This document shows positions 8,143 through 18,278 of a stretch of 64,000 nt of DNA, in pieces; the stretch's first letter is position 1; each line of letters opens with the position of its first letter. The notes below the pieces were generated by a model. It was given only the letters and a program-made list of their open reading frames with translations, searched no databases and was not told where the DNA came from. The stretch is from contig CAWAGQ010000010.1 in NCBI GenBank assembly GCA_963781585.1, forward strand, positions 272,604-336,603. Reading direction: 5' to 3'. The position numbers and the translations under genes were made by a program. The stretch comes from an uncultured Gemmatimonadaceae bacterium. Lineage in GTDB: Bacteria > Gemmatimonadota > Gemmatimonadetes > Gemmatimonadales > Gemmatimonadaceae.

Positions 8143-10206
8143 TTAGCACGACACACATCGGTGGTGATTCGTCGCCCCGAGCTTTTCGAGTAGCGCGATC
8201 GTCTCGGGGAACGGCCGCACGCGTTGCACGGGTCCGTTGGCCATGTCGACCGTAGTCCTCCCGTTTCTCGCCACCACCTTCGGGTCCGCTCCCTTCGACA
8301 CGAGATACAGGATCATCTCGTTGTCGCCCCGCGCGGCGGCGTGGTGCAGCGGCGTGTAGCCGGTCGGGTCGCGCTCGTTCACGTTCGCGTGGAGCTCCTC
8401 GACCAGGTACTTCATCGCCGGCATCCAGCCGTCGGGTGCGTGACGGTGCGAGTTGCCGGCGAAACCATTGCCGTACCCCACACCCGCTGCGGCGTGAATG
8501 GGATACACGCCGATCCCGACCGGGGCATTGAGCGCGGCGGAGTCGAGCGGTATCGCGTTGGGATCCGGTCCCCGTCCACCACGACCACGTCCGCCACCGC
8601 GGCCGCCGCCGGCGGCCCCCGGCGTGCGCTGGGACGGGATGTTCGGATCGGCGCCATACGACACCAGCAGCCGCATCGCGTCCACATCCACCGCGTACGC
8701 GGCGCGCCAGAACGGAGTCGTCCCCTCGAGATTCTCCAGGCCGCAATTGGAGTTGCCGCAGTTGTTGTACGCGAAATACCACGGGTGGTGTCTGACGCGC
8801 ACGTTCGGTTGTGCGCCCGCCTTGAGCAGCGCCGTCATGATGTCCAGGTATGACGTCTTCTGATTCTGGACGGCTTCCGGCTGCGGATAGCGGGACTTTG
8901 GCGCCCACTGGGTGTTGATGGCGGCGTAGAGCGGGGTGACGTTGGCAGTGCTGGCGATGTTCGGATTCGCCCCACGCTCTATGAGGCGCATCGCCACATC
9001 GAACTGGCCGTTGATGGCGGCGAGGAGCAACGGCGTGGTGCTGTCCGCGCCACTCACCTCGTTGATGTCGGCGCCGCCGTCGAGTAACGCCAGCACGGCA
9101 TCGAGGCTGCCCTGCCTGACGGCGTGGTGGAGCGCCGAAAGCCCTCCCATGTCGCCGACGGTGGAGGCATAGCCGGCGACCTGGCCGTCGGTGGTGTCTT
9201 CTTCCGCTGCCTTCTCACCCGGTTTGGGCGGCGCGAGGAGCACCTTGCGTCCTTCGACGATAGCGTCCTGCACCTGTGCGGACGTGAATGGCCCCTTGGG
9301 TGGAGGCGGGCCGGCCGCTCCGCCGCGCCGTCCGCCCTGATTCGCGACACCGCCGTTGGGGACGCCGGCGGTCGGTGGCTCGGGGGTGGGTGGCGGTCCC
9401 GACGACGCAACGGCGCTCGACGTGGACGCCGTCGACATAGATGCCGCAGTCGCCGCCACCGTGGAGTCCGTCTTTGGCTGCGGTTCGAACGAGCGGAGGA
9501 CGTCGTTCCGCCGTCTGGTGGCGGCCGCGTCCTCAACGGCCTGTTCGGGGAGGCTGATGGTCGTGGTGAGCAACGACGGGTCCGCGCCCCGTTTGAGGAG
9601 GACGCCGATAACGCCGGCGCGATCGGCTTCGGCGGCGAAGATCAATGGGGTCTGTCCCCATTCGCGCTCGCGCGCGTTCGGGTCGGCGTGCCGGTCCAGC
9701 AGCGCGTTGACGGCGTCCACGCTCCCGGACGCCGCGGCGAAGTGCAGCGCCGTGGCGCCGCTCGCGGTCGTGGCGGTCGGATTGCTCCCCGCCTTGAGCA
9801 GCGCCCGGACCACCGGTCCGCTTCCAGACTTGCTGGCGATGTGCAGCGGCGTGTAGTTGCCGATGCGGGTCACCGCGCTCGGACGGGCGCCGGCCCGGAT
9901 CAATTCGGCTGTCATCGCCGAATCGCCGTGTTCGGCGGCCCAGTGCAGGGCGGTCATGCCGTCGCCCTCGGCGAGGTTGACGTCCGCACCCTGCGCGATG
10001 AGTCGTTTCACCTGGGAGAGGTCGCGCCACATCGCGGCGTCGGCGACGACCGACGGCGCACGGCTGGTGCGGACGTCGCGTCGGGCGGCCGCATCCCCGG
10101 TGCCGGCGCTCTGCGCGGCGAGGAGGCTCGGCGCCGCGATCATCATCGACACCCGGACGGCGGCGCCAAATGGAAGGTGTCGGACTGGTCGCCGGCTCGC
10201 GCTCAT
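8143..10206 (-). CDS. Exported ankyrin-repeat protein
   Basis: Multiple ankyrin motifs (GMTALHWAA, YTPLHIAS, GATALHFAA, GQTPLIFAA, GYTPLHHAA) and a signal peptide. Confidence 0.9.
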   Translation of the reverse strand: MSASRRPVRHLPFGAAVRVSMMIAAPSLLAAQSAGTGDAAARRDVRTSRAPSVVADAAMWRDLSQVKRLIAQGADVNLAEGDGMTALHWAAEHGDSAMTAELIRAGARPSAVTRIGNYTPLHIASKSGSGPVVRALLKAGSNPTATTASGATALHFAAASGSVDAVNALLDRHADPNAREREWGQTPLIFAAEADRAGVIGVLLKRGADPSLLTTTISLPEQAVEDAAATRRRNDVLRSFEPQPKTDSTVAATAASMSTASTSSAVASSGPPPTPEPPTAGVPNGGVANQGGRRGGAAGPPPPKGPFTSAQVQDAIVEGRKVLLAPPKPGEKAAEEDTTDGQVAGYASTVGDMGGLSALHHAVRQGSLDAVLALLDGGADINEVSGADSTTPLLLAAINGQFDVAMRLIERGANPNIASTANVTPLYAAINTQWAPKSRYPQPEAVQNQKTSYLDIMTALLKAGAQPNVRVRHHPWYFAYNNCGNSNCGLENLEGTTPFWRAAYAVDVDAMRLLVSYGADPNIPSQRTPGAAGGGRGGGRGRGGRGPDPNAIPLDSAALNAPVGIGVYPIHAAAGVGYGNGFAGNSHRHAPDGWMPAMKYLVEELHANVNERDPTGYTPLHHAAARGDNEMILYLVSKGADPKVVARNGRTTVDMANGPVQRVRPFPETIALLEKLGATNHHRCVSC

Positions 10207-10321
10207 GCGTTGGTCCTCATGACGTGGGGCTTCACCGGTTCAATAGCGGCGCGGTGTATGCCGGCGCCGAGGTTCTGTCGTCCGCACCACCCGCTGCATG
10301 CCGAGTGAAATCCGCGCCGCC

Positions 10322-11710
10322 TCACGACAGCGAGAAGTCATCGGTGCTGTCGCCGAAGCCCTTGAGATCGTCGAGACCGAGCTTGTGCATCAGCGCCAGC
10401 ATCACGTTGGCCATCGGGGTTCCGTCGGGCGCCCTGAGGTGGAGGTTCCCGGACAACCGGCCGTTCGCATGGCCCAGCACCAGCAGCGGGCAGCGACGGT
10501 GGTTGTGCAGGTTCCCGTCCGCCATCGGTGAGCCGTAGACGATCATCGTCTTGTCGAGCAGGCTCGCGTCGCCTTCCATCGTGTTCTTCAACTTGTCCAG
10601 GAAGTACGGCAGCATGCTCACGTGATAGCGGTTGATCTTGTTGAAGTCGAGGATGTTCGCCTCGCGCCCGCCGTGGTGCGACGCAGGATGGAACCCCTTG
10701 TCGGTGCCGCTTTCCGGATACGCCCGGCTTGACGCGTCGCGCCCGGTCTTGAACGAGAAGACGCGGGTCATATCGGACTCGAAGGCGAGCACCTGCACGT
10801 CGAACATCAGCTTCATGTGTTCTTCGAAGGAATCCGGCACGCCCGGAGGCGCCTCGGGCAATTCGCGCGCCTCGCCGCTCGTGTTGCGCGCTTCGACGCG
10901 TTGAATACGCGTCTCGAGCTCCCGGATGTTCTGCAGGTAGCGATCCAGGCGCTGGCGATCGGCCGGGCCCAGTTCGCGCTTGAGGCCGGACACCTCGCCG
11001 GTGATCCAGTCGAGGATACTTTCGTTCGCCTTGCGCCGCTCGGCGCGGTCGGCGTTGGTGGTTCCCGCGCCGAACAGGAGGTCGAACGCCACGCGCGGAT
11101 TCCGGATCATCGGCAGAGGCTCGCTGGGACTCGACCAGCTGATGGTGTCGGTATAGGCGCAGGCGTAGTTGTAGTAGCATCCGCCGGCCTGGTCGAGATT
11201 CTCGATACAGAGCTGCATGGACGGGATGGCCGTCTGGTGGCCGATCCGTTGCGCCACGAGCTGGTCCAGTGAGGTCCCGACGTAGAGGTCGGAGCCCTGG
11301 GTCTGTTTCGGGTGCGACTGGGTGAGGAAGACCGCGCTCGACCGGAAGTGATCGCCGCCGATTTCCGGCGCGTCGAACGCTTCCGCCATGCGAACATCGG
11401 TGTTGCTCACGATGGTCAGGTATTCGCGCCACGGCTCGAGCGAGACCAGCGCTCCGTCGGGATTCAGCGCGAAACTGCGTCCCACCTCCGCCGGCGCCCA
11501 GAGGTTCCTGGTCGCGCCCCAGGCATTGCAACCGGCCGCCCCGTGCACGAGTTCGATCGCCACCAGGCGCGTCTTGTCGTCGACCGGGCTGTGGCGGCTG
11601 AACAGCCGTGCCGCGGGCACCATGGCGTCGAGATACGGGAGGGCGATGGTCGCCCCCATGCCCCGGAGAAACGTCCGGCGTGGAATGCTCTTCCCGCTGA
11701 GGATGTGCAT
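10322..11710 (-). CDS. DUF1552-family Tat-exported protein
   Basis: IPRRTFLRGMGATIALPYLDAM start; SLDQLVA; FHPASHH; MADGNLHNH. Confidence 0.88.
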   Translation of the reverse strand: MHILSGKSIPRRTFLRGMGATIALPYLDAMVPAARLFSRHSPVDDKTRLVAIELVHGAAGCNAWGATRNLWAPAEVGRSFALNPDGALVSLEPWREYLTIVSNTDVRMAEAFDAPEIGGDHFRSSAVFLTQSHPKQTQGSDLYVGTSLDQLVAQRIGHQTAIPSMQLCIENLDQAGGCYYNYACAYTDTISWSSPSEPLPMIRNPRVAFDLLFGAGTTNADRAERRKANESILDWITGEVSGLKRELGPADRQRLDRYLQNIRELETRIQRVEARNTSGEARELPEAPPGVPDSFEEHMKLMFDVQVLAFESDMTRVFSFKTGRDASSRAYPESGTDKGFHPASHHGGREANILDFNKINRYHVSMLPYFLDKLKNTMEGDASLLDKTMIVYGSPMADGNLHNHRRCPLLVLGHANGRLSGNLHLRAPDGTPMANVMLALMHKLGLDDLKGFGDSTDDFSLS

Positions 11711-11737
11711 GTGTATGGGTCTCCCCGAAGTGGATCG

Positions 11738-14158
11738 CTACCGACCGCCGTGTCCGCTGTTGCCGTCCGCCGCCGCGTCTGCGCGCTTGGCGCGGAACGC
11801 GTTGCTGTTCACGATACCGGTGATGATCGACGAGATCCGGTATCCATCTGCTGCCGCGTCGCGCACCAGCGCGCGCACGGTGGGTTGATCGTAGTCCTCG
11901 ATGCGCCGCCCGATGGCGTAGGCCATCAGGTTCTCGGTGAACGCCCGCACCAGCGGAATCGGGCGCTTGAGCAGCGCGTTGGTCAGGTCGGCCGGCGACG
12001 CGATTTCGCTGCCGTCGTACATGCGTCCCCGCGTATCGAGGGGCTCGCCGTTCTCGCGATATCGCCACCGTCCTGTGACGTCGAAATTGTCGAGGGCGAG
12101 GCCGATCGGATCCATGTACTGGTGACAGGCATTGCACACCAGGTTGTGGCGATGGATCTCCATCCGTTCGCGGGTGGTGAGCATCCGGCCGTTCCTGGCG
12201 TCCTCGGTCTCGTCGAGCGTCGGCACGTTAGGCGGCGGCGGAGGCGGGGGCATCCCGATCAGCACTTGCATGACCCACTTGCCGCGCAGCACCGGGGAGG
12301 TCCGGTTCGCCAGCGACGTCTGCACCAGGATGCTCCCCTGGCCAAGCAGGCCGCGGCGCGTGTCGTCCGGATACTGCACACGCTGAAAGTCCGGTCCTCG
12401 CACGCCGGGGATCCCGTAGTGCCGGGCGAGGCGCTCGTTGACGAAGGTGTAGTCGGCGGTGAACAGATCGAGCACGCTCCGGTCGCCGCGCACGATGTCG
12501 TAGAAGAACAGCTCCGTCTCGCGCCGCATCGCGTCGGCCAGCTGCTGGTCGAAGTCGGGGAACCAGAACGCGTCGGGGCGCACCTTGTCGAGATCCTGGA
12601 GACGCAGCCATTGCGCGGCGAACCGGGTCGCGAGTGCCTCGGACCGCGGGTCGTCCAGCATCCGACGCACCTGCTTGTCCAGGACCTCCTCATTCGACAG
12701 CTGGTGCTGCTGCGCCAGCGCGAGGAGTGTCTGATCGGGGAGGGATCCCCAGAGAAAGAACGAGAGCCGCGACGCCAGGTCGTAGTCGCCGAGCTGGTAG
12801 TCTTCTCCCGCCTGGACGTTCGGCGGCGCCGTCTCGATCCGGAAGACGAAGTACGGGCTGGCGAGCATTGCCTGCAGTGCCAGGCGCACTCCTTCCTCGA
12901 ATCCTCCCTGCTTCACGCCCTTGTCGTAGAAGGACAGCAGACCCTGCAGGTCGTGCGCATCGAGCGGTCGACGGTACGCCCTGGTGCCGATTCGCGTCAG
13001 GATCTGGCGTGCGCAGGTTCGCGCCGCCGCCGCGGCGCTCGGGTGGCACGAAAAGATCAACCGCCGGCTGGGAGAGTCGGACACGCCGGTGATCTTCGTC
13101 GGGCCGATGATCGCCAGCTCCACCATGTGCGGGGGCTCGGTGGTGCCGACGCTCGCGGTGCCGTTCGAAGCCTGCGACCAGTCGTGTGGCTTGATCAGGT
13201 CCTCGTATGGCCCATCCGTCGTGCGCACGAACGCGGCGGCCACCCGTTGCTGGCCGGCTCGCACGAACAGGGGCTCGGTTCGCACGTAGTCGGCCCCCTC
13301 CGGCGCGTCGGCCGACGCGAACGTGCGCTCGATGCCTTTCTCGTAATGCAGGAGGGCGACGCGCTCCCCGTTGATCGAGACGTCGACGTCCTCGAGGCGC
13401 ATGCCCACGCCGGCAGCCACGTTCATCCGGAACGTGTACATGCCGTCGGCCGGGAAGACGTAGTCCGCGACGATGCCGCCGCGCGTCCCGTACGGCGCGC
13501 CGTCGGCGTGATTCCAGGGGTGCTGCGATACGAACGGCGACGACCGGAACGCCGCGATCGTTGACGGCGCGTGTCGATCGCCGATCGCCATGCGACTCAC
13601 CGCCGCGGCCGCGTTGAGATACGACTCGAGCAGGGTGGGGGAGAGGGCCTGCACGTCGGCGATGTTGTCGAAGTTCGCACTCTTCGTGTCGAGCGGGAGA
13701 AAGTCACCGGCGTCGATCTCGACCCCGAGCAGGTCCTTGACCGCGCGTTCGTACTCGGCCTGGTTCATCCGCTGAAACGGGCGCGACCCAGGGTTGGGCC
13801 GGGCCGCGCTGTCGATCACGCGCTCCAAGGTCTCGACCAGCCCTACCAGCGTGTCGCCCCCCGGCCTGCGTGCACCCGGTGGCGGCATCATGTCGGCCCG
13901 CAACTTCCGGATCATCTTCTCCGACTGCGCCAGCCGGCTGTACGCCGTTTCGACCGCGTACCCGTCGACCGACATGTTGCCCTTCAGCGTCTTGTCGTTA
14001 TGACACGTGCCGCAGTACCGCTGCACAACGGGGTCGAATGCGCTGGCGGGCATGCCGCGCGCGGTGGTCGGATCGGGCAGGCTTCCGCCGACGGCGGTCC
14101 CACGCGCGAACACGACCGTGGCTGCCGTGCCCGCAACCAGAGCGGCGAGTATCCTCAT
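11738..14158 (-). CDS. DUF1592/DUF1588/DUF1595/DUF1587/DUF1585 c-type cytochrome-like protein
   Basis: CGTCH and CNACH heme motifs; RRPL, LASRLSFFLW, RTSPVLRGKW and PPPPPPPNVP motifs. Confidence 0.9.
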   Translation of the reverse strand: MRILAALVAGTAATVVFARGTAVGGSLPDPTTARGMPASAFDPVVQRYCGTCHNDKTLKGNMSVDGYAVETAYSRLAQSEKMIRKLRADMMPPPGARRPGGDTLVGLVETLERVIDSAARPNPGSRPFQRMNQAEYERAVKDLLGVEIDAGDFLPLDTKSANFDNIADVQALSPTLLESYLNAAAAVSRMAIGDRHAPSTIAAFRSSPFVSQHPWNHADGAPYGTRGGIVADYVFPADGMYTFRMNVAAGVGMRLEDVDVSINGERVALLHYEKGIERTFASADAPEGADYVRTEPLFVRAGQQRVAAAFVRTTDGPYEDLIKPHDWSQASNGTASVGTTEPPHMVELAIIGPTKITGVSDSPSRRLIFSCHPSAAAAARTCARQILTRIGTRAYRRPLDAHDLQGLLSFYDKGVKQGGFEEGVRLALQAMLASPYFVFRIETAPPNVQAGEDYQLGDYDLASRLSFFLWGSLPDQTLLALAQQHQLSNEEVLDKQVRRMLDDPRSEALATRFAAQWLRLQDLDKVRPDAFWFPDFDQQLADAMRRETELFFYDIVRGDRSVLDLFTADYTFVNERLARHYGIPGVRGPDFQRVQYPDDTRRGLLGQGSILVQTSLANRTSPVLRGKWVMQVLIGMPPPPPPPNVPTLDETEDARNGRMLTTRERMEIHRHNLVCNACHQYMDPIGLALDNFDVTGRWRYRENGEPLDTRGRMYDGSEIASPADLTNALLKRPIPLVRAFTENLMAYAIGRRIEDYDQPTVRALVRDAAADGYRISSIITGIVNSNAFRAKRADAAADGNSGHGGR

Positions 14159-14286
14159 GCTGGACAGTCTCTCCCGTACGTCCCAGGCGCCGTAAGTGGC
14201 CAGCGGCTCAGCACTTCAATCCCGCATCGGGACGTCGGAAAAGCAAGAGGTGAGCGAAAACTCGCGGACGCGCGGCAGACCCTGCC

Positions 14287-14330
14287 GGGGGTACGTGCCG
14301 CCTGCCGGCGGGGGTACGTGCCGCCTGCCG
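14287..14330. repeat. 21-bp direct repeat, two copies (GGGGGTACGTGCCGCCTGCCG)
   Basis: Identical copies at 14287-14307 and 14310-14330, upstream of the DUF1592 gene. Confidence 0.8.
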
Positions 14331-14369
14331 CCAGCGGTACGCGCTGCCTCGTCGGCTGGCGACTATCCG

Positions 14370-14708
14370 CTAGGCACCCTCGCGCCCGGGCCCGGTCGCG
14401 TCGGGGGTCGCCGTCGCGCGCAATTCCGGATGCCGCTCGAGGTACGCCTTCACGAACGGACAGCGCACGACGACCCGCTGGCCCGCTGAGCGAGCCGACT
14501 CGAGTGCGAATCGCGCCAGCCTGGCTGCGAGCCCACGGCCGCGCAGCGACGGCGGCACCTCGGTGTGGACCAGAACCACCACCCCCGGGCGGCGGCGGTA
14601 TTCGAGAAACGCCGTCTGCCCGCCGACCGCGATCTCGTAGCGATGGGCGTCGGCGTTGTCGCGCACGGCCGCACTGTCGAGCGGTCCGGACGGCTCCGGG
14701 TCGGTCAT
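14370..14708 (-). CDS. Small GNAT-family acetyltransferase (YjdJ-like)
   Basis: HTEVPPSLRGRGLA..L and CPFVKAY motifs. Confidence 0.88.
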   Translation of the reverse strand: MTDPEPSGPLDSAAVRDNADAHRYEIAVGGQTAFLEYRRRPGVVVLVHTEVPPSLRGRGLAARLARFALESARSAGQRVVVRCPFVKAYLERHPELRATATPDATGPGREGA

Positions 14709-14729
14709 CGGACGGTGCCGGGACGCCGC

Positions 14730-15932
14730 CTAACGAGGCAGCTGCACCCGCTGGACGTACCGGAGGTCGTCCTCGTCCGTGCGCACCGTGTAGACCGCGC
14801 CCTGGCCCACCGCGGCCAGCGTCACCTTCTTCGGCAGGCGCCAGCGCGCGACCAGCTTGCCGCTCTGATCGATCACGTCCCACTGCTCGCGGCCGATGCG
14901 AACTGGCGTGGAGCGCTTCACCCACAGCCGGCCGTCCGGCGCCGCCAGCGCGCCTAACGGTGCGACCGGAGGATACTCGCTCGGCCACGTGTCCGGCGGC
15001 AGGATGTCGAACGTCATGGTCACGTTGGCCGGCATCATCTTCTGGACCGCGCGCGACTGCTCGGCGGTCTGGCGCTTGACCTCGTCCATCTCGGCCTTCT
15101 TGTCCGCGTCCGTCACGGCGATGTGATCGTATGGCACCTTCACTGGCGCCGAGTGCTTCCCGTCGGGACTGATGAACTCCACGGTGTAGCTGCCGCCGCG
15201 CAGCACGGCCACGCGTCCGTCAGGAAACACCGTCCAGGGGTCCGACGCGACGAGCCCCGGGAATGCCAGGGTGTATTTGAACGCCGTGGTCCCCGTCTGC
15301 TTCATCTCCGGCTTGCCGCTGGTGGGGAACCGCACTTTCGCCAGCTCCTCGCGGCCTGTCTTGGTGCGTGGATCGAAGCGGACCACCGATACCGAATCGG
15401 GCATCTGCATGGAGACGCCGTTGGCGCCGCGGCCCAATTGCAGTGTCATCGAACTGGCGTACAGGTGCCCGCGGCGGTCGCTGAAGAACGGGGCAGTGAA
15501 AGCGGTGCTCGTCTGCTGATCGAACGTCAGGAACGTGAAGGGCGTTCCCGGAGTCAGGTCGGGATTGAACGCGACGATGCGTTGCGCTGTCGCGTCCAGG
15601 ACCCAGAGCGTATCACCCTGAATGTGGAAGATGCCCGCCGGCGTGCGGTACTCGCCGGGGCCACCGCCCGACCGTCCGAGCGCCGTCTTGGAGCCGGAAT
15701 TGAAATCCACGACCGACAGTTGCGCCTCGAGACCATCGACCACGACGACCTGGCCGGGTTTGAGCTCGGTGACACCCGATATCATGGAGAACGGATCGTC
15801 GAGCTCGCGGGACGGCGCGGGGAGGTCACGTACCGGCGGTTGTGCGCGCCCGATAGCTGCCAGACTCAACAGCGCCGGGATCGTGGTCGCCAGGACAGTG
15901 CGAACGAGAGAGCTGGGGAAACGGAGATGCAC
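14730..15932 (-). CDS. Exported 6-bladed beta-propeller-like protein
   Basis: Signal peptide; FSMISGVTEL, GRSGGGPGEY and APDGRLWV motifs; C-terminal YTVRTDEDDL. Confidence 0.8.
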   Translation of the reverse strand: MHLRFPSSLVRTVLATTIPALLSLAAIGRAQPPVRDLPAPSRELDDPFSMISGVTELKPGQVVVVDGLEAQLSVVDFNSGSKTALGRSGGGPGEYRTPAGIFHIQGDTLWVLDATAQRIVAFNPDLTPGTPFTFLTFDQQTSTAFTAPFFSDRRGHLYASSMTLQLGRGANGVSMQMPDSVSVVRFDPRTKTGREELAKVRFPTSGKPEMKQTGTTAFKYTLAFPGLVASDPWTVFPDGRVAVLRGGSYTVEFISPDGKHSAPVKVPYDHIAVTDADKKAEMDEVKRQTAEQSRAVQKMMPANVTMTFDILPPDTWPSEYPPVAPLGALAAPDGRLWVKRSTPVRIGREQWDVIDQSGKLVARWRLPKKVTLAAVGQGAVYTVRTDEDDLRYVQRVQLPR

Positions 15933-16339
15933 GGCGGGATTCTCGCAGCTGAGTTGGGGGTGGCACGGGCTCTACGCAATCATGCCGCGTTGGTTTCGCC
16001 CGCGGGATCGGGAGTTCGCCGGACAGCGGTCCCTGTCTTCATTCTAGTCTGCGTGCCAGCTTCGAACCAAAACCGACACCAGCTTTGGATTCCGACGCCA
16101 GTCTGCTCTTTTCTTCCCTTCACCGTACCGTGCGACACGTTCGCCGCCGTCTGCTTGTGGGCCCAAGGGCACCGAGCATACCCTACGCCTCGCCGACGGT
16201 CGCGGCGGTCGACCCGGTAGCCCCGGGAGGCGATGGACCAGTTCGCGATGTCGACCGTCGCCCCGGGAACCGGGTTCGACCCGAATCCCAATGGCGCAAA
16301 TCAACCAGCACTGCCCGAACCGGAGGGGTTGAACACGCA

Positions 16340-16702
16340 ATGCGAATATCGATGTTGTGCCTTCTTGTGGCCGCCGCCGCCTGCGGCGGGGACAGCGGAT
16401 CAGGGCCCAATGGGTCGTCGTGCGTGCCGAGTGCCACGCAGATCTGCATGCAGAGTTCGTCGTTCCACCAGGCGACGCTCACGGTGAGCGCAGGAGCGAC
16501 GGTCGTCTGGCAGAATAGCGATGGCACCACCCACACGACGACCTCGAGCGCCGTGCCGGCGACGGCCACGTCCTGGGACCGGACCGTGAACGCGGGTGGC
16601 AGTACGACCGTGACGCTCACGGTCCCGGGGACGTACGAGTACTACTGTCGCTTCCACGGAAGCCCTGGAGCGGGCATGCACGGGACCATCATCGTGCAGT
16701 GA
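16340..16702 (+). CDS. Cupredoxin (plastocyanin/azurin-like) lipoprotein
   Basis: Lipobox AAAC; type-1 Cu ligands H(TTTS)...C-RF-H..M in YYCRFHGSPGAGMHG. Confidence 0.88.
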   Translation: MRISMLCLLVAAAACGGDSGSGPNGSSCVPSATQICMQSSSFHQATLTVSAGATVVWQNSDGTTHTTTSSAVPATATSWDRTVNAGGSTTVTLTVPGTYEYYCRFHGSPGAGMHGTIIVQ

Positions 16703-16781
16703 GTTGTTCGGGGCCGGGCGTCACGCGTCCGACCCCGCGCATCCGGCCACGGCGCGTCGGGCTCCGGTGCCGATCGGGCCG

Positions 16782-18266
16782 CTACTGTTTCGGCTCGTGG
16801 CGGATGATCCGCACCCGGGCGCGGCGGGGCAGCTCCACGCTGGTCGTGCCGCTGTCGCCTTTCAGATACTGGTCGAAGAACCGCACGGTGAGGGCGGTCA
16901 CCGCGGCGTGCACGTCGCCCGGGTCATCGCTCCCTGCGATCCCGAACCGCCGCGCCAGCACCGGACTCCAGAGGGGGAGGTCGGTGAAGCTGGTGTGCAC
17001 GGTGCCGTCCATGCGCACCTCGGTGCCGCCGAACCGGAGCAGCGACGCGATGCCCGCATCGCGGCGGGCGAACCAGGCGCGGACAGAATCGCGGTTGCCC
17101 CCATAGAACGCGAGCTGGTCGTCGGCGAGGGAATCAGCTGCCGTTCCGGGCGAGGTGAACACGAGAAAGGGGCTGTGGAGTCCGGCCGCTGCGGCGGTAC
17201 TTCCCGGCACGCCGTCCATGTCCACGCCCGCCTTGACCCGTGCGTCGCGCGCCATCAGCTCGGCGGCCGCCCCTCCACCTAACGAGTGACCGAACACGCC
17301 GACGCGGTCGACCTGCAGGTGGCGGGCGATGGTGTCGGAGAGGTCGCCCACCGGCAGGGCCTGGAGCCGGTCGAGCACGAACTGGGCGTCCCGCGTCCAC
17401 ACATCGATCAACCGGGTCTGCCCGGCGGCGGTGTGAAGCAGATCCTGCACCCGGTACGTCGCATGGGATCCGTCGGGGAGCACGGTCCCGACCGCCGCGT
17501 AGGTGTGCTCGATGCTGACGACCACGTAGCCGCGGCTCGCCAGTGTCTCGAACTCGAACGTGTTCTGCACGCGCGTACCGGGGACTCCGTGCAGGAAGAT
17601 CAGGAGCGGCGAACGTCCCTCGCGGATGTTGAAGCGCGGTGCGCTCTCGCTGTTGGTGCGCGCTGCGGTGAGGTTCCAGAAGGCGAAGCCGGGAAGCGGG
17701 AGGCCCGCGGCGAGGTCGGATGCCAGTACCCGGGGGGCCGGGTGATAGCGCAGCGGCTTGCCGGGAGTCTCCTCAGCCGGATACCAGAAGGTGACCCAGA
17801 CACCGCGACGGTCACCCGCCTCGGGGGTGAACGTTTCCTCCCGGCTCGAGTCGGTCCAGAATACCTCCAGACGTCCCACCGCGTAGTAGCCCGCTGGTTC
17901 GGGAAAGGTGACGCGCGGGAGGAGGTACCCGGGAAGGAGCACCGCTGCCGCGGCGGTGATTACGAGCGCCACGCCCAGCCAGGCGCGCCGGGCGCGAGAC
18001 GGCACTGCCTTCCATTTGGCGCTGGCGCCGGCCTTCGCTTCGCTCATGCGAGCGAGGTCGGCGCGGAACACCAGGATCGCGACGACCACCAGGCCGTAGG
18101 CCGGGACCATCTGCCAGCGGAGGCCGTCGATGATGATGTGCAGCACCACGAAGATGCCGAGCATCGCGACCAGTGACGCCGTGGTCTGGCGGGTGCGCGG
18201 CCGCATCAGCCGGGCGGCCAGCGCGGCCAGCACGACTGCGATGAGGATACTCTCAAGCGGGCGCAT
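16782..18266 (-). CDS. Membrane-anchored alpha/beta hydrolase (PAF-acetylhydrolase-like)
   Basis: N-terminal TM helices; GLRWQMVPAY; LASRGYVVVSIEH; GHSLGG nucleophile; HTSFTD. Confidence 0.85.
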   Translation of the reverse strand: MRPLESILIAVVLAALAARLMRPRTRQTTASLVAMLGIFVVLHIIIDGLRWQMVPAYGLVVVAILVFRADLARMSEAKAGASAKWKAVPSRARRAWLGVALVITAAAAVLLPGYLLPRVTFPEPAGYYAVGRLEVFWTDSSREETFTPEAGDRRGVWVTFWYPAEETPGKPLRYHPAPRVLASDLAAGLPLPGFAFWNLTAARTNSESAPRFNIREGRSPLLIFLHGVPGTRVQNTFEFETLASRGYVVVSIEHTYAAVGTVLPDGSHATYRVQDLLHTAAGQTRLIDVWTRDAQFVLDRLQALPVGDLSDTIARHLQVDRVGVFGHSLGGGAAAELMARDARVKAGVDMDGVPGSTAAAAGLHSPFLVFTSPGTAADSLADDQLAFYGGNRDSVRAWFARRDAGIASLLRFGGTEVRMDGTVHTSFTDLPLWSPVLARRFGIAGSDDPGDVHAAVTALTVRFFDQYLKGDSGTTSVELPRRARVRIIRHEPKQ

Positions 18267-18278
18267 AACGAGAGCCGG

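Noticed and set aside
11312..13564. 750-aa + strand ORF
   Set aside because: Antisense shadow of the DUF1592/DUF1552 genes, typical of high-GC codon bias.
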